Origin: Octopus sinensis
Taxonomy: Eukaryota
Direction of reading: 5' to 3'
NCBI RefSeq assembly: GCF_006345805.1
Contig: NC_042997.1
Span: 185,442,001 to 185,506,000, forward strand
DNA length: 64,000 bases
The position numbers were made by a program, and so were the translations under genes. Shown here one piece after another: positions 38,950 through 52,400 of this stretch. The notes under the pieces were generated by a model. The model did no database searches, was not told the DNA's origin, and saw only the letters and a program-made list of their open reading frames with translations. Positions within the stretch are counted from its first letter, which is position 1, and each line of letters starts with the position of its first letter.

Positions 38950-40060
38950 GTGAACTGCGTAAATAACCTCTTCAGTTATTAAATTTGACCCAACAGGTTC
39001 ATCTTCAAATGCAACATCAAAGCATTAAGATGAACATATTAAAAATAAGAAAAGAAAACTCGAAACTTATTTACCTACGAATTTACCTGTTCTGGTGACA
39101 AGTGGAATTGAGGTGTTTGTTATATCTGAAACTAGTTCAAGTACAAGCACCTTGAATGTTTCTAAACCACAGCAACATTTAAAAACGATGAAAATTTCAA
39201 ATTTCGGAGAATAATTTAAAAGAAATAGCTTGAAATTTGAAGAAAGCTATATTTCATCAATAATCTTGCTTCATATCACATTGGTTATCATTAGCATAAA
39301 ATTGCAGAAAACTTGATAAACCCCTGGGCAAACGATTTCTAATGACACAGTTTTAAAACGTACTCATAAAATGCTAAATATTTGCGATAAACTGAGCTAA
39401 TGAGATATGTTCAAATGATGAGCTCTTTGAAGGTATGCATCAACAGACGTTAATGGTTTAGAAGTTTTGCTTGTGTTTGTATGCTATGATTATGAAAGTG
39501 TCGTTGAAGAAGGTTTAATATTCTGCTGCTTTTGGAAAAATCTTGTTATACAAGAAACAAATTTAATTCATTTTGGGAGTAAAAAAAATGAAATTCATGT
39601 AATTTTCTCCTTGAATTTTTACTATAGTAATGCTAGGGAAGGAAAATTTCGGATTCCCTTGAATGTTGACAGTATCAACTCATCTTAATTGCAAGGCAAT
39701 ATCAGTAAAACAAACGCTTCAAGATCTGAAATTTATAGTGATGATGAAAAATTGGCCAATTTTTATAAAATTGTGTCCACTAAATGCCATAATTGTCAGT
39801 TTATTATGAAAAAACTGCTGCAATATCTCTAGGAGTGAAGCAGCTTGTCTAAGAGTGTGGAGGAAGTAAATCGGAATAAAATCATGACATTCATTGATCA
39901 GCAACTTTGTGGGTCAGTATGGAAGTGTGTAAACTAAATCATACATTTATTACTGTTATATTAGATCTTATACATGTGTGCCTGTTGCTATTAAGCATGG
40001 ATGTTGTTCTGCGGCTCATTAACAAGCAATGGTAAAGCCTACTATTGGGCTGCATCGAAA
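38950..40060 (+). mobile_element. Possible very degraded hAT-like transposase
   Basis: Faint remnants SNDELFEGM, KNLVIQE..HF..KNEIHV and LANFYKIV..FIMKKLL. Confidence 0.25.
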
Positions 40061-41018
40061 GCATTAGCAGCACGTTCTAGGTGACGGAAACATTGTAGTC
40101 GCTCTGCGAGCTTATCAAAAGTGCGACTCAATTCCACTCAGGAATAGCGCACAGTTGTACTACAAAGGATAGCATCCATGTCTGTCTACAGTAGATTCCG
40201 TGATTGGTCGCACCTCTCGGAGAGACGCGTTTTACTTTTTGTAGTCCTGAGGCATGATGCCTGTCCATGGTTACTACCGCTATATGTTGCTTGCTCCTCA
40301 CTTTTGCATCTCCGCTTTGCGATATTTTTCACATTTCCTGCGCTAGTACTGTTTGCCGAGTGCCTAAGATGACTGGTACTGATTTAAATAAGAATGTTAT
40401 ATAAATACAGTTTTCCTCTACTTGTAATATAGTGAGAAAAAAGAAAGAAGAGTCTCCCGCTGAATATTTTGGTATTTTTTTATTGCTTCACAGAGACGGG
40501 TTGCCCGTCTTTCTTTCTCGATTAAGAGCATAGATCAGTTACTTTCTGAAACAGTCATAGATTGCAAAAATCCTTGTATTTGAAGAGAAATCAATAATAA
40601 AACAATATAAATTATATGTACAACGTGACGTAAATCAGAAATGAAATCAGTCCAAACAGCAAAGTTCCATCGGGAAAGAAACAAGAGTGTAAAGGCGTTT
40701 TCACTTTGCTGGAAATACAAAGTCATTTGCTTATGTTCTTTTCATGCTTATCACACATCTCTTATCATCTGTCTCGAACGATTCATTTTATCCGGTGCCA
40801 GACGCGAGATTTAAACTCAGAACACTCAATCCGGAACGCTCTACAATGGACTGGCTTAGGATTTATCGCACGCTAACAGATGAAACACAGAGAGGATCAA
40901 AGTGCTATTTGAAGTCAGAGCGCAGAAAATCAGAATACACTACTCAAGGAATTTTATCCGCCGTTCCAGTGACTTTGTCAGTTCTTAGAGCGAGGGAGAA
41001 GGGTAGACCGGAGGTAGG

Positions 41019-41050
<32 letters not shown>

Positions 41051-41711
41051 AGGAAGAGAGAGTAGAGAGAGGAAATCATATGAAGATATAAAATTATATG
41101 ATTAAAACAAACATCATATATTCACACATTTTCCTTAATAAAAATGGGTGTGTATTTATTTTTTTCCCCACATAACTATAACTGCATCTCCATAAATCAA
41201 AGCGATAATATTTGGCTATATTACTGGATTTGTTTATTATATTCTGCACACAGCATGAGTATTCGTACCCTCCCTACATCAGTTGTTGTCGACTGGATGT
41301 CATATTATCAGTGTTCTCCATCTGTTTCATTTCTACAATCAATCTCAACAAAAACATTGTTAATACCTGAGAATATTCAGCCAACAAAATTCAGTTGCCT
41401 CTTCCCTTTCTATTTTTTCTACCCACAAAACGAGTTTCGTTGAGCTCATTCAATTGTGCTGTTAGTTCAGAAGAATTTGCATTTTTCATCTCTTGGAGAT
41501 TAATTTTCACAGCTATGTACTTACCACAGGATGCAATATACCTACTTTGTATCATTGTTTCCTGCGTAGTGAAATCCACTCTTCATAATCGATATGAGGG
41601 TGGGGGTATAATTTCGTTCAGATCCCTTGCTAACCAGCCAACCAACCAACCAACCAACCATCTATCTATCTATATTTCTATCTATGACCAATGTTTCTTT
41701 ATATATATATT

Positions 41712-41752
<41 letters not shown>

Positions 41753-41823
41753 ACACACGTTCGTATATGTGTATTTATGTATATATCTTCTGTATGCGTA
41801 TTTATAATGTCTATCTGTCCCTT

Positions 41824-41863
<40 letters not shown>

Positions 41864-41894
41864 GTGTGTGTGTATATATATATATAATATTAGT

Positions 41895-42205
41895 GAAGGC
41901 ACATGGCTCAGTGGTTAGAGCGTTGTGAGTTCGATTCCTGGATCGGGCTGCGTGTTGTGTTCTTGAACAGAATAGACACTTTATTTCACGTTGCTCCAGT
42001 TCACTCAGCTGTAGAAATGAGTTGTAATGTCACTGGTGCCAAGCTGTATCAGCCTTTCCCTTGGATAACATCAGTGGTGTGGAAAGTGGAGGCTGGTATG
42101 CATGGGCAACTGTTGGTCTTTCATAAACAACCTTGCCCGGACTTGTGCCTCAGTGGGTAACTTTGTAGGTGCATTCCCATGGTCATTCATGATTGAAGGA
42201 GGTCT
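41895..42205 (+). mobile_element. SINE family D
   Basis: Head GAAGGCACATGGCTCAGTGGTTAGAGCG..GAGTTCGATTCC, then ACACTTTATTTCACGTTGCTCCAGTTCACTCAGCTG. Confidence 0.85.
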
Positions 42206-42225
42206 CGAATATATATATATATATA

Positions 42226-42424
42226 TCAAAATGTGACCTCGTGTGTACCGTTGGCGACTTTTTTTCCTCTGTCTTCCCTTCTGTGGATCTTTCCTTCTCC
42301 TATGTTTCCGACGAAGAGCTCCGCTCCAAACGTCAAACCGTCCTTCTTTCCTGAGTGTTCAATAATACTATATTTGTTCCACGTCCTCGCGTTGTTGTGT
42401 TTTTTTGTGCTTTCCTGTTTGGAT

Positions 42425-42428
<4 letters not shown>
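42226..42428 (+). mobile_element. PLE terminal fragment embedded in (TA)n, with a mutated minimal hammerhead at 42304-42338
   Basis: GTTT-CCGACGA-AGAGC tcc GCTC-CAAAC-GTC-AAAC. Stems I and II are intact, with two core substitutions. (TA)n flanks both sides. Confidence 0.7.
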
Positions 42429-42493
<65 letters not shown>

Positions 42494-42637
42494 TCATACA
42501 ATCACAAACTTTGTTTGTGATTGTATGTGTATGTGTGTGGGACCTTTTTTTAGAATGAGAGAGAAATATGGAAAACGTTAATGATTTCATATTTCCGTCT
42601 ATCAGAATCAATAGCAATTGAAACTTCGGCTCGCTTC

Positions 42638-42706
<69 letters not shown>

Positions 42707-43668
42707 CAGTAAATATGAAATGCTATCAAAGATAGCATTTCATATTTACACATACTTGTACACTCGCTAATACATACACATACAAGCACACATGCACGGA
42801 TACACACATAAGCACACGCACATACACATATACACACACGCACGCACGCATGCACACATGCCCGCACGCACGCATGCACACTTGCCCGCACGCACGCATG
42901 CAAACATTCTCAGATACCTATCATGACATAATAAATTATATATGGGCTAAGGCAGTGTTCTATGCATATACTAAAATATGATATTTAAATATACCGCAAA
43001 TTTAGTGATTGTAAATTTAGTAAACTTGCAGTTTACAAAATAAAATAATGAAAATCAAAACATGACAATCATTGGAATAAAATTTTAAAAAGCCACCTGA
43101 ACGCAAATGTCTGTTGCAGCATTTGTAACGTCATTTTCATGGCTGTCAATGAGCTTCCGGTTTTGCTTCATGTGATTACATAGGCATTACTAGTGATTGT
43201 TAGGGGATCAGTAATTTCTCTTGGGTTGGTTGAAAATATGCGTCTGTCTTAGATGGGGCTGGGCGTGGGGGTTAATAAATATTCTAAGGTTAAGCGAAAG
43301 CGTATGTGTGAAGAAATTTAATGAACTCAACTTGTGGAAGTGTAAATGAGTATATTGTTGTATGATGTAATTAAGTTGACAGAGCTTGACGCTATAAATG
43401 ACAGAGACTGTAGAGGTAAGCAATGACTCATAAAGTGTTTAAAACTAAGGAAGGAAATGGTGTGTATTAATGCTTCTGGGATATAGTTAAATATGAATTT
43501 GTTCAATTAGGCGGTGGTATATTATCCAGCCTTTCACCAAAATCAGCGAATTTTTATTTTTCCTTCTGAAACGTTCTTCTCATTAGTTTCCTAGAATTCT
43601 CAAAATATTTAACAACATAGATGGCATTGCTATAGATATCGTTAAACTCGATAAAAACTTCGACATGC

Positions 43669-44427
43669 ATTCTTATTTCTTTATTGCGCACAAGGGGCTA
43701 AACATAGAGCGAACAAACAAGGACAGACAAAGAGATTACGTCGATTACATCGACCCCAGTACGTAACTGGTACTTAATTTATCGATCCCGAAAGGATGAA
43801 AGGCAAAGTCGACCTCGGCGGAACTTGAACTCAGAACGTAACGACAGACTAAGTACCGCTGAGCATTTCGTCCGGCGTGCTAACGTTTCTTATTTCTTTA
43901 TGGCCCACAAGGGCTAAACATAGAGGGGACAAACAAGGACAGACAAAGGGATTAAGTCGATTATATCGATCCCCAGTGCGTAACTGGTACTTAATTTATC
44001 GACCCGAAAGGATGAAAGGCAAAGTCAACCTTGGTGGAATCGCCAACGGTACACACGAGGTTACATTTTGATATATATATATATATATATTCGAGACCCC
44101 CTTCAATCATGAATGACCATGGGAATACACCTACAAAGTTACCGACTGAGGCACAAGTCCGGGTGGAATCAGAACGTAACGGCAGACGAAATACCTATTT
44201 CTTTACTACTTACAAGGGGCTAAACACAGAGCGGACAAACAAGGACAGACAAACGGATCAAGTCGATCGTATCGATCCCAGTGCGTAACTGGTACTTAAT
44301 TTATCGACCCCGAAAGGATGAAAGGCAAAGTCGACCTCGGCGGAATTTGAACTCAGAACGTTGCAACGGGTGAAATACCGCTAAGCATTTCGTTCAGCGT
44401 GCTAACGATTCTGCCAGCTTACCGCCT
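43669..44427 (-). mobile_element. Cluster of SINE family B units containing a templated insertion at 44040-44163
   Basis: Three body units and two heads. Confidence 0.88.
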
Positions 44428-44439
44428 AGAAACGTGATT

Positions 44440-45390
44440 AATAATGCCAATAAGAGAATGTTCTAAACTGTCATTTAATAAAAATAAAACTTTGATTAAC
44501 GCTAATGCTTCCATCCACAGCGATAATACACGAGAAGCTTACAAATTTCAAAATTAGGATCAAAGTTACATATCAAATAGGAAAAAAATACACTGTAATT
44601 TTATGTGGTTCCCACAAACTTCTCCTTGAATGTTAATTAGAATATAACCAAAACCTCTCTAGCCTTAATGAATAAGCATTTCCCTGCTAAACCTCGAGAG
44701 AGATAATTATTCAGTAGAAATAAACTAAAACCGAGATGCAACCATCGACCTAAAAATATGAAAACAAGAAAACTATAAAAATAAGCAAAATAATAAATTG
44801 ATTCCTCATCAATCAATCAAGAAACGCTGAAGTATTTATACACGAGCATAATTCACTACTATCAAACTCAACAAAATATAAACACTAAGTGGAAACACTA
44901 TGTAGGTATGATGAAAAGGAAATTCAAAGAAAAATAATAAACTGTATTTCTTTCAGAAAACTGGGAATCAGGGATGTTAGCCAAACTATAAAATGATGTC
45001 ATTACTTTCAAAGAGAGTCAAGACTATTGAAAAGGTTGAAAGACGCAACGAAAATTTTAGGAAAATTAAAATAAGAAATAAGTGGAAATTTTACCGGTGA
45101 GTGTGTAAGATTATAAGGCAAAAAACGAAAAGGACTCTCCCCAGACACAACAGATTCAAAGAACGTATTATTCAAGTTGCCATAATGGGGAAGATACTTG
45201 AATTATCTAAGCTATGCGCAAATTGTACAAAAGTTTGCTGGTTATGTATAGATGAAAAATGTATCTTCAGATCTCAACATCTAAATGTGGACTATCTACA
45301 TTTCAAATCAAATATCTTAAGTCAGTTTCGTCACTTCAAGAAATATTTGCTGAAAAATCTATGAGTTTTAAAGAAATTATTCCAATCTCG
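44440..45390 (+). mobile_element. Penelope-like element ORF fossil (RT-EN linker and GIY-YIG)
   Basis: Remnants NFMWFP..SLNVN*NITKTSLALMNKHFPAKPRER*LFSRNKLK (IIWFNPPYS.NVKTNIG..FL.LIDKHFP-like) and KILELSKLCANCTKVCWLCIDEK (C.LC..EK). Confidence 0.75.
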
Positions 45391-45401
45391 GCAAGAATAT
45401 C

Positions 45402-45745
45402 TTTTACTTGTTTCAGTCATGAATTTTTAGTCGAATGAATCGAGCCAAGTAATTAATGTTTTTGTTAAGCCTGCTAGTTATTCTATCGGTCTCTTTGCCG
45501 AACCGATAAGTTACGGTGACATAAACACACCAACAGCGGTTTTCAAGCATTGGTTGGGGACAAACACGGACACAAATACACACGTACTTATGTGTATACG
45601 ACGGGCTTCTTCGAGTTTTCACCTACCAAATCTACCCACAAAACTTTCATCGGCCCGAAGCCATAGTAAAACACACTTGTCCAAGCTGTGAGACTGAACC
45701 CGAAACCATGTCGTTAGGAAGCAAGCTTTTAACCAGTGCACCTGT
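45402..45745 (-). mobile_element. SINE family A, diverged
   Basis: CTTTTACTTGTTTCAGTCAT..TTCTATCGGTCTCTTTGCCGAACC..CTGAACCCGAAACCATG. Confidence 0.8.
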
Positions 45746-45919
45746 ATACATACATATACATGTGCTTATATATATATATATGCGAACGTGAGTATTGATA
45801 GCGAGATAGAAAAAGGGAGTGAGGGATATTAATATATATATATACATACATAGACACACATGTATAAATATCTCTCAATTGCGTGTGTATATGCATATGT
45901 GGGTATATGTATGTATAAG

Positions 45920-45951
<32 letters not shown>

Positions 45952-45956
45952 TGTAT

Positions 45957-46034
<78 letters not shown>

Positions 46035-46789
46035 CGAGACAGAGAGAGAATGAGTGAGTGAAAGAGAGATAAAGGTATATATATGCATGCATACATACAT
46101 ACATACACACATACATACGCACACATTTACACACACATTCATATATAAATAAAAGAGAAAACGCTTTAATTTTTTTCCTTCGTTCACGTGTTTCTTTCTT
46201 ATCATTTTACTCTTTAAAGTAATGTTTATGTTTTACTTATCGCTTTATTGCATCAGAAAATTTTTTTACGTATTATATTAGTTCGTTTTATTTTCCATTT
46301 TGTCCTCAACTACTAAAATCTTTGGCTATTTTCTGTTAACATTTGACTTTAATGTACGTTGGCAACTGTGAAGTGCCAACATTTCTTACAAGTTTTTCTT
46401 TCTTGCGATTTTGTTTATGAAATCACATCCGACTGTTATAAAGTGCTCCCTCTAGAATGTTGACTGCTTCATTTCCGGTGTACATCGCATCCCTGTGTTA
46501 TTTTCATTCAAGCTGTAATTTCAGACAACTGCGATTTCTTACGACTTCCTACTTTTTCTTTGCCTCTTATCATATATTTTAACATATTTTTTTCTTTCTC
46601 AAAACAAATCTGTTTAGTGTCAACCGCCGAATTTTTTTCTTTTACTTATAGTTTGTGTACTTCCAGTAGATCGACGATCTCATCTTGTATAATATCACCA
46701 CGCATTTGTTTTGGTGCCTACCAGGATGCTGGAATGAGATTTAGCTCCAATGATTAAAGAAAACTATATTTAAAGTTGGCTTAGCCGTG

Positions 46790-47264
46790 ACCATCCGGTC
46801 ATTTGCCATATTCTGAACGCCTTACTTCCTTGGGCATGGATACACTGAAACTCCGACGTCTGGCAGCTGACTTGGCAGACACCCATAAAATTATTAACCA
46901 TCTTACAAACAATAACTCTGAGCACCTTTTCAAAATCCATCTGTCTAACACCCGTGGACATGTTTACAAAGTCAGAAAACAGCACAGCTCCCATGACTTT
47001 CGGAAACATTTTTTCACGCTAACAGTCGCTGAAGTATGGAACAAGCTGCCGGCATCAGTTGTTAGTTGTCGGAGCACTGCATCCTTCAACACTTCCATGC
47101 TTCCTGAGATTCACCAACACTACACCTGATTTCGCCCCTCTATATACACGCAAGCATGTATCTGACTCATAAGCTGTTCACTTTCCAGACACTTGTACAT
47201 TACTGCATATGCTTTATACGCACTTTTGACAAGGTGTGGTGCATCTGAGCACTGTATACAATAA

Positions 47265-47312
<48 letters not shown>
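46790..47312 (+). mobile_element. CR1-group LINE 3' end (RT C-terminus, 3' UTR, (ATT)n tail), 5'-truncated
   Basis: LPYSERLTSLGMDTLKLRRLAADL..TRGHVYKV..FRKHFFT..VAEVWNKLPASVV matches the CR1 motif Y.ERL..L..L..RR..DL, TRGH..K, R..FFS.RV...WN.LP. (ATT)n at 47269-47312. Confidence 0.88.
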
Positions 47313-47313
<1 letters not shown>

Positions 47314-47390
47314 TATATTTAAGTCCATCAAGCCTACAACTATATAATTCTATGTACACTTCCCGTCTTAAAATTCTAGGGTTTTATTCG

Positions 47391-47770
47391 TGGTGTGGTA
47401 AGTAGCTTGCTTACCAACCACATAGTTGCGGGTTCAGTCCCACTGCGTGGCACCTTCGGCAAGTGTCTTCTACTATAGCCTCGGGTCGACCAAAGCCTTG
47501 TGAGTGGATTTGGTAGACGGAAACTGAAAGAAGCCCGCCGTATATATGAATATATATGTGTCTGTGTTTGTCCCCCAAGCATTGCTTGACAACCAATGCT
47601 GGTGTGTTTATGTCCCCGTCTCTTAGCGGTTCGGCAAAAGAGACCGATAGAATAAGTACTGGGCTTACAAAGAATAAGTCCCGGGGTCGATTTGCTCGAC
47701 TAAAGGCGGTGCTCCGGCATGGCCGCAGTCAACTGACTGAAACAAGTAAAAGAGAGAAAGAGTAAAGAAT
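47391..47770 (+). mobile_element. SINE family A, near full length
   Basis: Matches 30688-31091. Confidence 0.9.
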
Positions 47771-48848
47771 ACTACTTGTCGGGTGGCAACGTGTAGGATA
47801 TCTCTTTAGTTGCTATTTCTAGAAGGTCAAATCATCGTATACGTGTTACTTCTCGTATGGTCTGGATGGTCTGTAAGGTATTATGAATTATCTTAGTTGC
47901 ATTTTTTGTTGTTTGCGCATTTGTTAACTTTCAACAGACAGATTTATGATAAAATGTACTGAAGCTTTAACCACCTCATCTTTTAGGCATTGAATATTTA
48001 ATACTACATTTTCCAATGTGACTTTCCTATTTAAGAGTGTATGATGTAACTTAACAGAGATTTGGCTTACATTTCTTTCAGGTCGACTACCAAGAGGTTC
48101 TCGTAGTGGCTCTTATTTCATGTTTGCGTGGTATGAAGTTTTACAGAAAATACAGCACAGGACACCATTCCTGATATCGTGTTCAGTACGTTTTGATCCT
48201 GTGATCAAAGGGATCTGTGGACGGACTGACAACTTCTCAACTGTCTGTAGTCAATAGACTAAGTTATATAAAGAGTATATTGGCTGTTAAGTCAGTTGAT
48301 TGTGCTTGATCTCTCTAACAAAAAGATGATTTTATACACAAATTGTTTATGAATTATCTGAGTATGTTTGGATCATGGAATTCTCAGATTTTGGGGGACA
48401 GATGAGATCGAAAGTGTTACATTTCTACTTGTAAAGTTTTAATCGATGTCTTCTGGAAAATGTGTAAATAAATATGCGAACTAACATTCTGTGGGTGAGA
48501 GACTGCGAGTAGTGGTTTGTGCAGAGTCTAAGTTGTTGAAAAGATGATTATGAGTGATGACAGAAAAATGGGGAGTAGCACGTGACCAGCTAGCTCTGAG
48601 AAATAGAGTTCATTTTAGATGAAATGTCTGAGAGAAAGAGAGAGCAAAGATTACATCTGCAGGCCAGCTTGGAATATGAAAACCAGGAGAGATTAAGAAA
48701 AACACCATAATATTCAGTCATTTAAGAGGTTATTCTTTATGTAATATGTACGTTGAGGTGTGTCATTGACTAGTATAGATTTTGAAAATGGCCGCCTATA
48801 TGTTATGAGATCGAAAAGATTGAGAATTACTGCTGATTATCAGATTGT

Positions 48849-49186
48849 GAGGGCGCGTGGCTTAGTGGTTAGGGCATTCGGCATTCGGCATTCGGCTCAC
48901 TATTGTAAGGTCGTGAGTTCGATTCCCAGTGACGCGTTCTGTCCTTGAGCAAGACACTTTATTTCACGTTGCTCCAGTTCATTCAGCTGGCAAAAATGAG
49001 ATGTACCTGTATTTCAAAGGGCCGGGCTTGTCACACTCTGTGTCACGCCGAATCTCCCTGAGAACTACGTTAGAGGTACACGTGTATGTGGATTGCTCTG
49101 TCACTTGAACGTTAATTTCACGAGCAAGCTGTTCCGTTGATCGTATCAGCTGGGACCCTCGTCGTCGTAACCGACGGAGTGCTCCT
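48849..49186 (+). mobile_element. SINE family D variant, full length
   Basis: tRNA head with GGCATTC triplicated, then CCTTGAGCAAGACACTTTATTTCACG. Candidate TSD ATCAGATT at 48839 and 49192. Confidence 0.85.
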
Positions 49187-49812
49187 ATTCGATCAGATTT
49201 TGGTTATCAGATTCTGAAGCCAGAAACTGTTGACATACTTATTAAAGCCAGGTAATACAACGTGGCTTTCACCGATGTCCTCAACGTTGGATAACCATTC
49301 GTGAATGATGTATGGAAATAAGTCTCTGGTAGATCTAACTCTATACATTGGTGAAAAAATAGACGAGAAATTATTCAACGTTGCTAAGTTTTAGGATGTT
49401 TTAGCAGTTTGTTGATCATGTAAGGACAGTGTTGTATCATGAGATATATGTAATGTTCTTGCGTTGGTGTTGTGGAGAAAAAATTATATCTTCATTAAAG
49501 AATGTGTTCTTTTATATCGCTGCTTAACTACATGAACTTATTCATCACGCAGAGTATTTCTTGTTAATCAAAACTATTTCAGAAATAGTTGTTCCATATC
49601 TATTTCAGACATAGCGCATAGAAGTCTACATTATGCAAGGTATTTCCATTCTATTTAATGCATTTGCGTGTATATATATGACTGTGATTTAACAGGGACT
49701 TAGAGTTGGACACGGGACCACGCAAAAGTCAAATGATATGCTAAAATAGATGATGTTTCTCGTGTATCTTTCAATGGAATTAGTCACATTCTAGCATGAA
49801 CAGTCTAATTTG

Positions 49813-49845
<33 letters not shown>

Positions 49846-50106
49846 GTCGCCTGCGTGCAGACGCTTAATTTCTTCTTTTGTCTCTGAGATTCATCTCCTA
49901 TATTTCGCTCTCGGTATTTCCCTTCTTTTTTGTGCTATTCGTCTCTTATTTACATTCTTCTTTCATCTAATTCTTTCATTTTTTAAATACTTTTTTTTTA
50001 TTTCTGTTCTCAACCTTATTTTAATTCTATCTTCCAATATCTCTGTTATTCCTTTTTATCCTCTCTTCTCTGCTTCAGTCTCCTCTCTTCCGTTCTCAAT
50101 ATCCTC

Positions 50107-50198
<92 letters not shown>

Positions 50199-50200
50199 TC
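50107..50200. repeat. (CTTT)n microsatellite
   Basis: Seen directly in the sequence. Confidence 0.95.
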
Positions 50201-51253
50201 CATTCCTTCTTGTTTTTCTACCTATCTTTCAAAATTATCGCTTTCGATGTGTTAACCATTAAGAGCTATTATCTCAGAAGCTTCTAATATTTTCTCCACT
50301 GCACACTCATTACACCAGTAAACGTAGAATGAAAAATGGAAGAAAAAGAAATAAAAGGTAACACAACACAAAAACCATCTATAATGCCAGCAGCATAAAG
50401 TAAACTAGCGAAAAAAGAAGTTTTACTGAAAACACGAGATGTGTATAGAACTAATTAAATAGAGGGAAAATATGTAAGAAAGTGTAAATATGCGACTGAG
50501 AACTGTATGAATAACAAGTATCAATTAAAGGGCAAAATCAGAAAGAGTAGTTGATAGGTAGCAAAGAGAGTGAGGGAGTAGTGGTATTACATGTGAAAAA
50601 GTAAAATTAGGGTGTTTAAAAAAGAAAGCAAGGTGAAGGTAGGTAGTTTGTATGAGAATAGAAAGAATATATTTTAAAGAGCAAGACGAGAATTAGAGGA
50701 AGAGAGAGAATACAGACGATATTGAAACGTGTACAGAACAAGAAATTAATATCATAGATTAGAAGTTGGTGTTGAGTAACTGAGAAATACATTTTAGTTG
50801 CTACAGAGAAATATAAAAAGTAAGACATGAATGAGAGAGAGAGAGAGAGAGAACAAGGGGGTGTAAATGTGAAAGAGTGAGAATAGAGAAAAACGCTGAA
50901 AATGTGTTATAGAAGGTGAGAGAAGAGAGAGTGAGAGTATAGCCGACAACGAGGGAGAGAGAAAGAGAGGGGGGAAGTAATATATGAAAAAGGAAATAAT
51001 GAGCGTCAAAAAAGACAGAAAGAAAAACAATATGTGTCAGAAAGAAGGGGAAAGAGAGATTAGAGGATGGTGATTATTTGAATTGTTTCTTAGTTTCTTA
51101 AGGAAACTGAAAAATTTAGATGTACAAAAGAAGCACAAAGGAAGTAAAGAAACTAATATTATTTAAGCATAAGCGAATCCGGATGGTAAAGAAGTTCGCT
51201 TTATAAGCAGCTAGTTCGGGAGTCAATCTTGGAATGACCAATTCTTTGTATAC

Positions 51254-51283
<30 letters not shown>

Positions 51284-51285
<2 letters not shown>

Positions 51286-51398
51286 ATTCAATTTCCCAGA
51301 AAACAACAGACGAAAACAGGTGTAGGAACTACAAGCAGGCGTATTAGTTTAACGCTCGGGAAGAAAGGCAAAGTCTTTTACGTTTCGAGCCTACGGAC
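51284..51398 (-). mobile_element. PLE 3' terminal fragment abutting (TA)n
   Basis: Minus strand reads GGCTCGAAACGTAAAAG (hammerhead 3' half)...GAATT|(TA)n. Confidence 0.5.
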
Positions 51399-51899
51399 CT
51401 GAACGCAAGTAAGACTGAATAAAGAAGCCCCATTTATCCAAAAATATAAACCAGAATTGAATATGAAACCATATTAAAATTAAAGGGCTTACCCCATCTA
51501 ATAGAAGATGTAAACCAGAATAAAGCATAGAACATAAAAAAAAACGAAAATAAAAATTACAGATTTACTTCCCCTTTACTGCAAAATAAATAAGTGAACA
51601 ATTATCTCCCCTAGCAATATTTTTTTCCCTAGCAATTTATCTTTTTCAACTCTCAGTTTGATGAGCAATGTGAAACCGGACCTAACTCCAATTATGTTGA
51701 AAGAACAAAACCTTATTTTGTACAAAATTGTATATCTTTATTATCATGGCTATAATATACTCTTAGCTCCTGTAAAACAAATCTGTGTTTTTTTTTTATC
51801 CTATCTCTTTCTCTGTTTATATCCACCACGTGTGTTTCCCCACTAAAATATTTTCTATCTTATATATATACTCCAACACATACATATCCAAACATACAC

Positions 51900-52400
51900 G
51901 TATGGAAAATATACAAGCATGCCTTTCTCAGGGTATCCTGTAGGTCATCTAAACGAGATATTATTCATTAAGAGTGAAATAAATTACTTAAAAGAAAGCA
52001 AGAATTCTGAGAACTCCAAAAGCCAAAACATATGTACATATTACTTTGTCATAGACATTACTACCTTGTTTCGGTGCGCTGATGATATCTCGTCAGCTGG
52101 AGAATCATTTGGCTCTGTTGTATATATGTTAAATGTTGAATGGACCGTGGTGTGCAACGGAACGAATGTTTTGTATATGTCGACAAAATTTTATTATACA
52201 CATAAATACAGAGGCATAACTCTCATTCAGTATACGAGCACATGCTCAGACAAACTTTCATTGACACATACGAAGCCAAATAATTGTGTCACTTATCTTA
52301 ATGATGAGATTGCTGATGATTCGATGATTAACTGTTAGCTATATCGTTTCATTCAATCACTTACGACCGAAACTGTATTTGAATAGCAAGAGATTTTATT
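51900..52400 (+). mobile_element. PLE endonuclease fossil followed by a hammerhead-like terminus at 52310-52389
   Basis: LNVEWTVVCNG remnant, then TTG-CTGATGA-TTCG.TGATT...AATCA..CGACC-GAAAC-..TA-GCAA. Confidence 0.45.

Noticed and set aside
46260-49700. Possible LINE endonuclease relics on the minus strand at 46260-46760 and 48300-49500
   Set aside because: The resemblance was too faint to name a clade without a profile search.
49844-50287. 147-aa hydrophobic, membrane-protein-like ORF
   Set aside because: It derives from a T/C-rich low-complexity tract and (CTTT)n.
52078-52110. CTGATGA hammerhead-like start
   Set aside because: There is no matching stem II or GAAA downstream.
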